The position numbers and the translations under genes were made by a program. 64,000 nucleotides of DNA from an uncultured Eubacteriales bacterium (GTDB lineage: Bacteria; Bacillota; Clostridia; Oscillospirales; Acutalibacteraceae): assembly GCA_900540235.1 (NCBI GenBank), contig UQEY01000004.1:24007-88006 (forward strand), read 5' to 3'. Within the stretch, counting starts at the first letter, position 1. Every line of letters begins with the position of its first letter. The notes beneath the pieces were generated by a model. The model did no database searches. It had not been told where the DNA came from and saw only the letters and a list, made by a program, of their open reading frames with translations. Positions 60,588 to 64,000 of the stretch are shown piece by piece.

Positions 60588-61603
60588 TGAATACTGTTGA
60601 ATTGTTAAAAGAACTTACTTCTGTTGTCGGAGTAAGTGGCGAAGAAAATAATATTGTTGATTTACTAAAAACTAAACTTGAACCATACGGTACTGTAAGC
60701 GTAGACGCTATGAACAATGTCTATTGCACATTCGGAAGCGGTTATCACTTTTTGCTTGACGCTCACCTTGATGAAATCGGTATGATTGTTACCGATATTA
60801 CCGACGACGGATTTATCAAATTTAATCGTGTGGGCGGAATTGACAGAAGAATGTTACTCGGATATGAGGTTTCAATTTGGGGAAAAGAAGAAGTAAAAGG
60901 TATTATTTCAACTTTGCCGCCGCATCTTCAAACTGCCGAGGATGAAAAGAAAGTACCTGAGTTTAAAGACCTTTCAATCGATGTAGGTATGAACAAAGAA
61001 GAAATTGTAAAAATTGTTTCTCTCGGCGATAAAATTACATTTAAGCGCAATTTTACCAAACTTTTAAATGATCAAATATCGGCTTCTTGTCTTGACGACC
61101 GGAGCGGCGTTGCTTCTGTTTTAATGTCACTTGATGAGCTTAAAAATCTTCCTTGCAAAATCACCGTAATGTTTTCAACTCAAGAAGAAGTTGGTACAAG
61201 AGGTGCAAAAATCGGACCGTATGCAAAAAATATTGACGAATTTATCAGCGTTGATGTATCATTTGCTTATACTCCTACATGTGACAAAGCAGATTGTAAA
61301 GAAATAGGAAAAGGCGCAATGATTGGTTTTTCACCTATTCTTGATAAAATGATTTCAAGAAAACTTGTTGATACTGCTAAGAAAAACAATATACCTTACC
61401 AGTGCGAAATTATGAATGGAAACACGGGTACTAACGCTGATGTTATAACTCTCAGTGAAAACGGAATAAAAGGCGCACTCATTTCCATTCCGGAAAAGTA
61501 TATGCATCAACCTATGGAAGTTGTTGACATTAGTGATATTGAAAGTGTAAGCAAATTAATTTGCGCTTATGTTAAGGAAAAGGCAGGTGAACTTAATGCT
61601 TAA
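60587..61603 (+). CDS. M42 family aminopeptidase
   Basis: AHLDE, LDDR, QEEVG and YMH. Confidence 0.9.
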   Translation: MNTVELLKELTSVVGVSGEENNIVDLLKTKLEPYGTVSVDAMNNVYCTFGSGYHFLLDAHLDEIGMIVTDITDDGFIKFNRVGGIDRRMLLGYEVSIWGKEEVKGIISTLPPHLQTAEDEKKVPEFKDLSIDVGMNKEEIVKIVSLGDKITFKRNFTKLLNDQISASCLDDRSGVASVLMSLDELKNLPCKITVMFSTQEEVGTRGAKIGPYAKNIDEFISVDVSFAYTPTCDKADCKEIGKGAMIGFSPILDKMISRKLVDTAKKNNIPYQCEIMNGNTGTNADVITLSENGIKGALISIPEKYMHQPMEVVDISDIESVSKLICAYVKEKAGELNA

Positions 61604-62597
61604 AGAACTTTGCTTATTAAACGGTACTTCCGGTGATGAAAGTGCTGTTCGTGAATTTATTATTTCGCAAATTAAAGATTATTGCGATTATAAAGTTGAT
61701 GCATTGGGTTCAATAATTGCATTTAAAAAAGGCAAAAACAAGCCTTCCAAAAATGTTATGATTTGCGCACATATGGATGAAGTCGGTTTCATTATCACCG
61801 ATATTATAGATGACGGATATTTAAAATTCGCACCTGTCGGCGGAATCGATGCAAGAATCGTAGCAGACAGGAAGATTAAAATTAACGATATTTACGGTGT
61901 TGTAGGACTGAAACCTATTCATCTTTTGTCAGGTGACGAAAAAGATAAGGCAGTAAGTTTTAAAAATCTTTATATTGATATCGGTGCTAAAGATAAAAAA
62001 GATGCCGATAAATATGTTTCACTCGGCGATTATGCATATTTCGTAAGTGATTATTGCGAATTCGGCGACGGTTTTATTAAAGCAAAAGCGCTTGATGACA
62101 GAATCGGTTGTACGCTGATGATTGAACTTATTAAAAGTGAACTTAAATACGACACATATTTTTGCTTTAATGTTCAGGAGGAAGTTGGGCTTAGAGGTTC
62201 AAAATGTACTTCGTTTGATGTTCAGCCTGATATTTCTGTTATACTTGAATCTACAACAGCGGCAGATTTGTGCGGCGTAACCGGTGGGGACAGGGTGTGT
62301 GTTCTCGGCAACGGTCCGGTTGTATCTTTTATGGACGGCAGAACTGTTTATGACAAGGAATTGTATCAAATTGCAAGAAAAGTAGCAGATGACAACAATA
62401 TCCCTTGTCAAACAAAAACTGCTATTGCGGGCGGTAATGATGCCGGTGCGATTCAAACAAGCGGCAAAGGCAGCAGAGTAATTGCGATTTCCCTTGCGAG
62501 CAGATATATTCATTCAGCTTCAAGTGTTGTTAAAAAATCTGATATTGAAAACACAAGAAAATTGTTAGAAAGTCTACTTCCAAAACTTTATGATTAA
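61596..62597 (+). CDS. M42 family aminopeptidase
   Basis: AHMDE, KALDDR, QEEVGLRG and RYIH. Confidence 0.9.
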   Translation: MLKELCLLNGTSGDESAVREFIISQIKDYCDYKVDALGSIIAFKKGKNKPSKNVMICAHMDEVGFIITDIIDDGYLKFAPVGGIDARIVADRKIKINDIYGVVGLKPIHLLSGDEKDKAVSFKNLYIDIGAKDKKDADKYVSLGDYAYFVSDYCEFGDGFIKAKALDDRIGCTLMIELIKSELKYDTYFCFNVQEEVGLRGSKCTSFDVQPDISVILESTTAADLCGVTGGDRVCVLGNGPVVSFMDGRTVYDKELYQIARKVADDNNIPCQTKTAIAGGNDAGAIQTSGKGSRVIAISLASRYIHSASSVVKKSDIENTRKLLESLLPKLYD

Positions 62598-63312
62598 ATT
62601 AATTGAAAATAGCAACGAATTTAATAATTTTATTAAAGATGATATATATTTTGTTCGTATTATGTCACTTTTGAAAGCATACGCAACATCTTATCATTTT
62701 GCACTGTTTTATAAACAACTTGATAAAAACGGCAATATAACATCAATAATATCAAGGCTTGATAATGATTTTACGGTGTGCCACAGTGATGATTTTGATA
62801 ATACCGAGCTTAAAGAATTTTTTAATGTAATGGGTTTTAATTCGATTTTAAGTGACGAAAATCTTGAACTTCCGTTTAGCTACGATTACGGCATAACAAT
62901 GAGCAGTAAAAGAAAAGTCGAAATAATTAAGTCATATGCAAAACTTGACGAATATCCAAAACTTATGGATTTGTTTAATTTGGAAGATTATTCTTCCTCT
63001 GATTTTGAAAGTTGGTATGTTGATGCAAGCCATAGAATAAGACACGGTTGTGCAAAAGCGTTTACTCTTAATGTCAATGAAGAAATAGTTTCGAGCGGTA
63101 TATTTTCTTCAATATATAACAATGACGCAATATTGACTTCCGTTTTAACTTTGCCGGAGTTTAGAAGAATGGGTTATGGCAGTGCGCTTGTAAGTTCAAT
63201 GATGTGTGATGTTAAAGGCACGGTATATTTAATGCGAGATAAAGATAAAAATGAGGAGTTTTATAAAAAACTTAAATTTGAAAATGTTGGAATTTGGAGA
63301 ATGTATAAATGA
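62590..63312 (+). CDS. GNAT-domain protein
   Basis: C-terminal VLTLPEFRRMGYG and FYKKLKF. Confidence 0.75.
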   Translation: MIKLIENSNEFNNFIKDDIYFVRIMSLLKAYATSYHFALFYKQLDKNGNITSIISRLDNDFTVCHSDDFDNTELKEFFNVMGFNSILSDENLELPFSYDYGITMSSKRKVEIIKSYAKLDEYPKLMDLFNLEDYSSSDFESWYVDASHRIRHGCAKAFTLNVNEEIVSSGIFSSIYNNDAILTSVLTLPEFRRMGYGSALVSSMMCDVKGTVYLMRDKDKNEEFYKKLKFENVGIWRMYK

Positions 63313-64000
63313 ACGAATTTTTTAAGATAGATGAAAGAATACTTGCCGCTTCAGATAAAGCTTTAAAGCTTTGCAAAGAGCAATTTGAAAATATTGAAAA
63401 GATAACGGAATATAATCAGCAAAAAGTTCAAAAAGCTTTTATTGACAATAAAATTTCAGAGAGCCATTTTTGTACAAGTACGGGATATGGCTATGGTGAT
63501 ATCGGTAGAGAAACGCTTGATAAAGTTTGGGCGCAGGTTTTAGGTGCCGAATCAGCTCTTGTAAGGCATAATTTTACTTGCGGTACTCATACACTTGCGA
63601 CTGCTCTTTTCGGTGTTCTCAGACCGGGTGACACAATGCTTTGTGTTTCAGGTACGCCTTATGATACCATTCATAATGTTATCGGTATTTCTGGCGAGGG
63701 AATGGGTTCACTTAAAGAGTTTGGTGTAAAATATAAAGAAGTTGCGCTTAAAAACGAACACCTTGACTATGACGCTATTGAAAAAGCAGTTGATGATTCA
63801 ATAACAATGGTATATATCCAGCGCAGCCGAGGTTATGAACTCAGACCGAGCCTTTCGGTTGATGAGATAGAAAAAGTTTGCAAAATTGCAAAGAAAAAGA
63901 ACCCTGAAGTTATAGTTATGGTTGACAACTGCTACGGTGAATTTGTTGAAAAGAAAGAGCCGACACAGGTAGGAGCTGACCTTATTGCAGGTTCAATGAT
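63309..64000 (+). CDS. YnbB-like methionine gamma-lyase family PLP enzyme (runs off the window edge)
   Basis: MNEFFKIDE...STGYGYGDIGR...GTH...LRPGD...QRSRGY...VDNCYGEF; no stop before the window end. Confidence 0.9.
   Translation, partial: MNEFFKIDERILAASDKALKLCKEQFENIEKITEYNQQKVQKAFIDNKISESHFCTSTGYGYGDIGRETLDKVWAQVLGAESALVRHNFTCGTHTLATALFGVLRPGDTMLCVSGTPYDTIHNVIGISGEGMGSLKEFGVKYKEVALKNEHLDYDAIEKAVDDSITMVYIQRSRGYELRPSLSVDEIEKVCKIAKKKNPEVIVMVDNCYGEFVEKKEPTQVGADLIAGSM

Noticed and set aside
60587..62597. Tandem M42 peptidases as a novel system
   Set aside because: Tandem M42 paralogs are a familiar arrangement in Clostridia.

Overview
Low-GC chromosomal segment from a spore-forming, anaerobic Clostridia-type Firmicute (inferred: Oscillospirales/gut Eubacterium-like). 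No CRISPR array, prophage, transposase or defence island is visible. The first ~24 kb is accessory-type: AlkD, three MATE pumps, feoAB, Fe-ADH, a GH25 muramidase, an AraC-GyrI-GNAT fusion, sugar permeases, a frameshifted GH127 beta-L-arabinofuranosidase and a vitamin B6 salvage locus. From 24 kb onward it is mostly + strand core genes: dgt-dnaG-sigA-tmk...mltG-U32, a PBP, a WYL regulator, two tRNA-Leu, araBAD, a VanW protein, yicC-remA-gmk-rpoZ-priA-def-fmt-rsmB-rlmN-stp-pknB-rsgA-thiN, spoVM, ligA, murD, two M42 peptidases and a partial ynbB-like gene. The most interesting candidates are all hypotheses: (1) a pdxK + ECF S-component + orphan radical-SAM operon facing a MocR/PdxR regulator whose PLP Schiff-base lysine is replaced by Ala; (2) a structured orphan sRNA with anti-SD/anti-AUG tracts behind response-regulator-like repeats; (3) an orphan riboswitch-like terminator/antiterminator leader on a MATE gene; (4) a leader-peptide attenuator on a P-loop kinase; (5) a 2-TM protein ending in an SsrA-tag-like tail near a LexA-like box; (6) tandem WalR/PhoP-type boxes upstream of the yicC...pknB operon. 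All family calls come from motif recognition by eye; no database searches were run.
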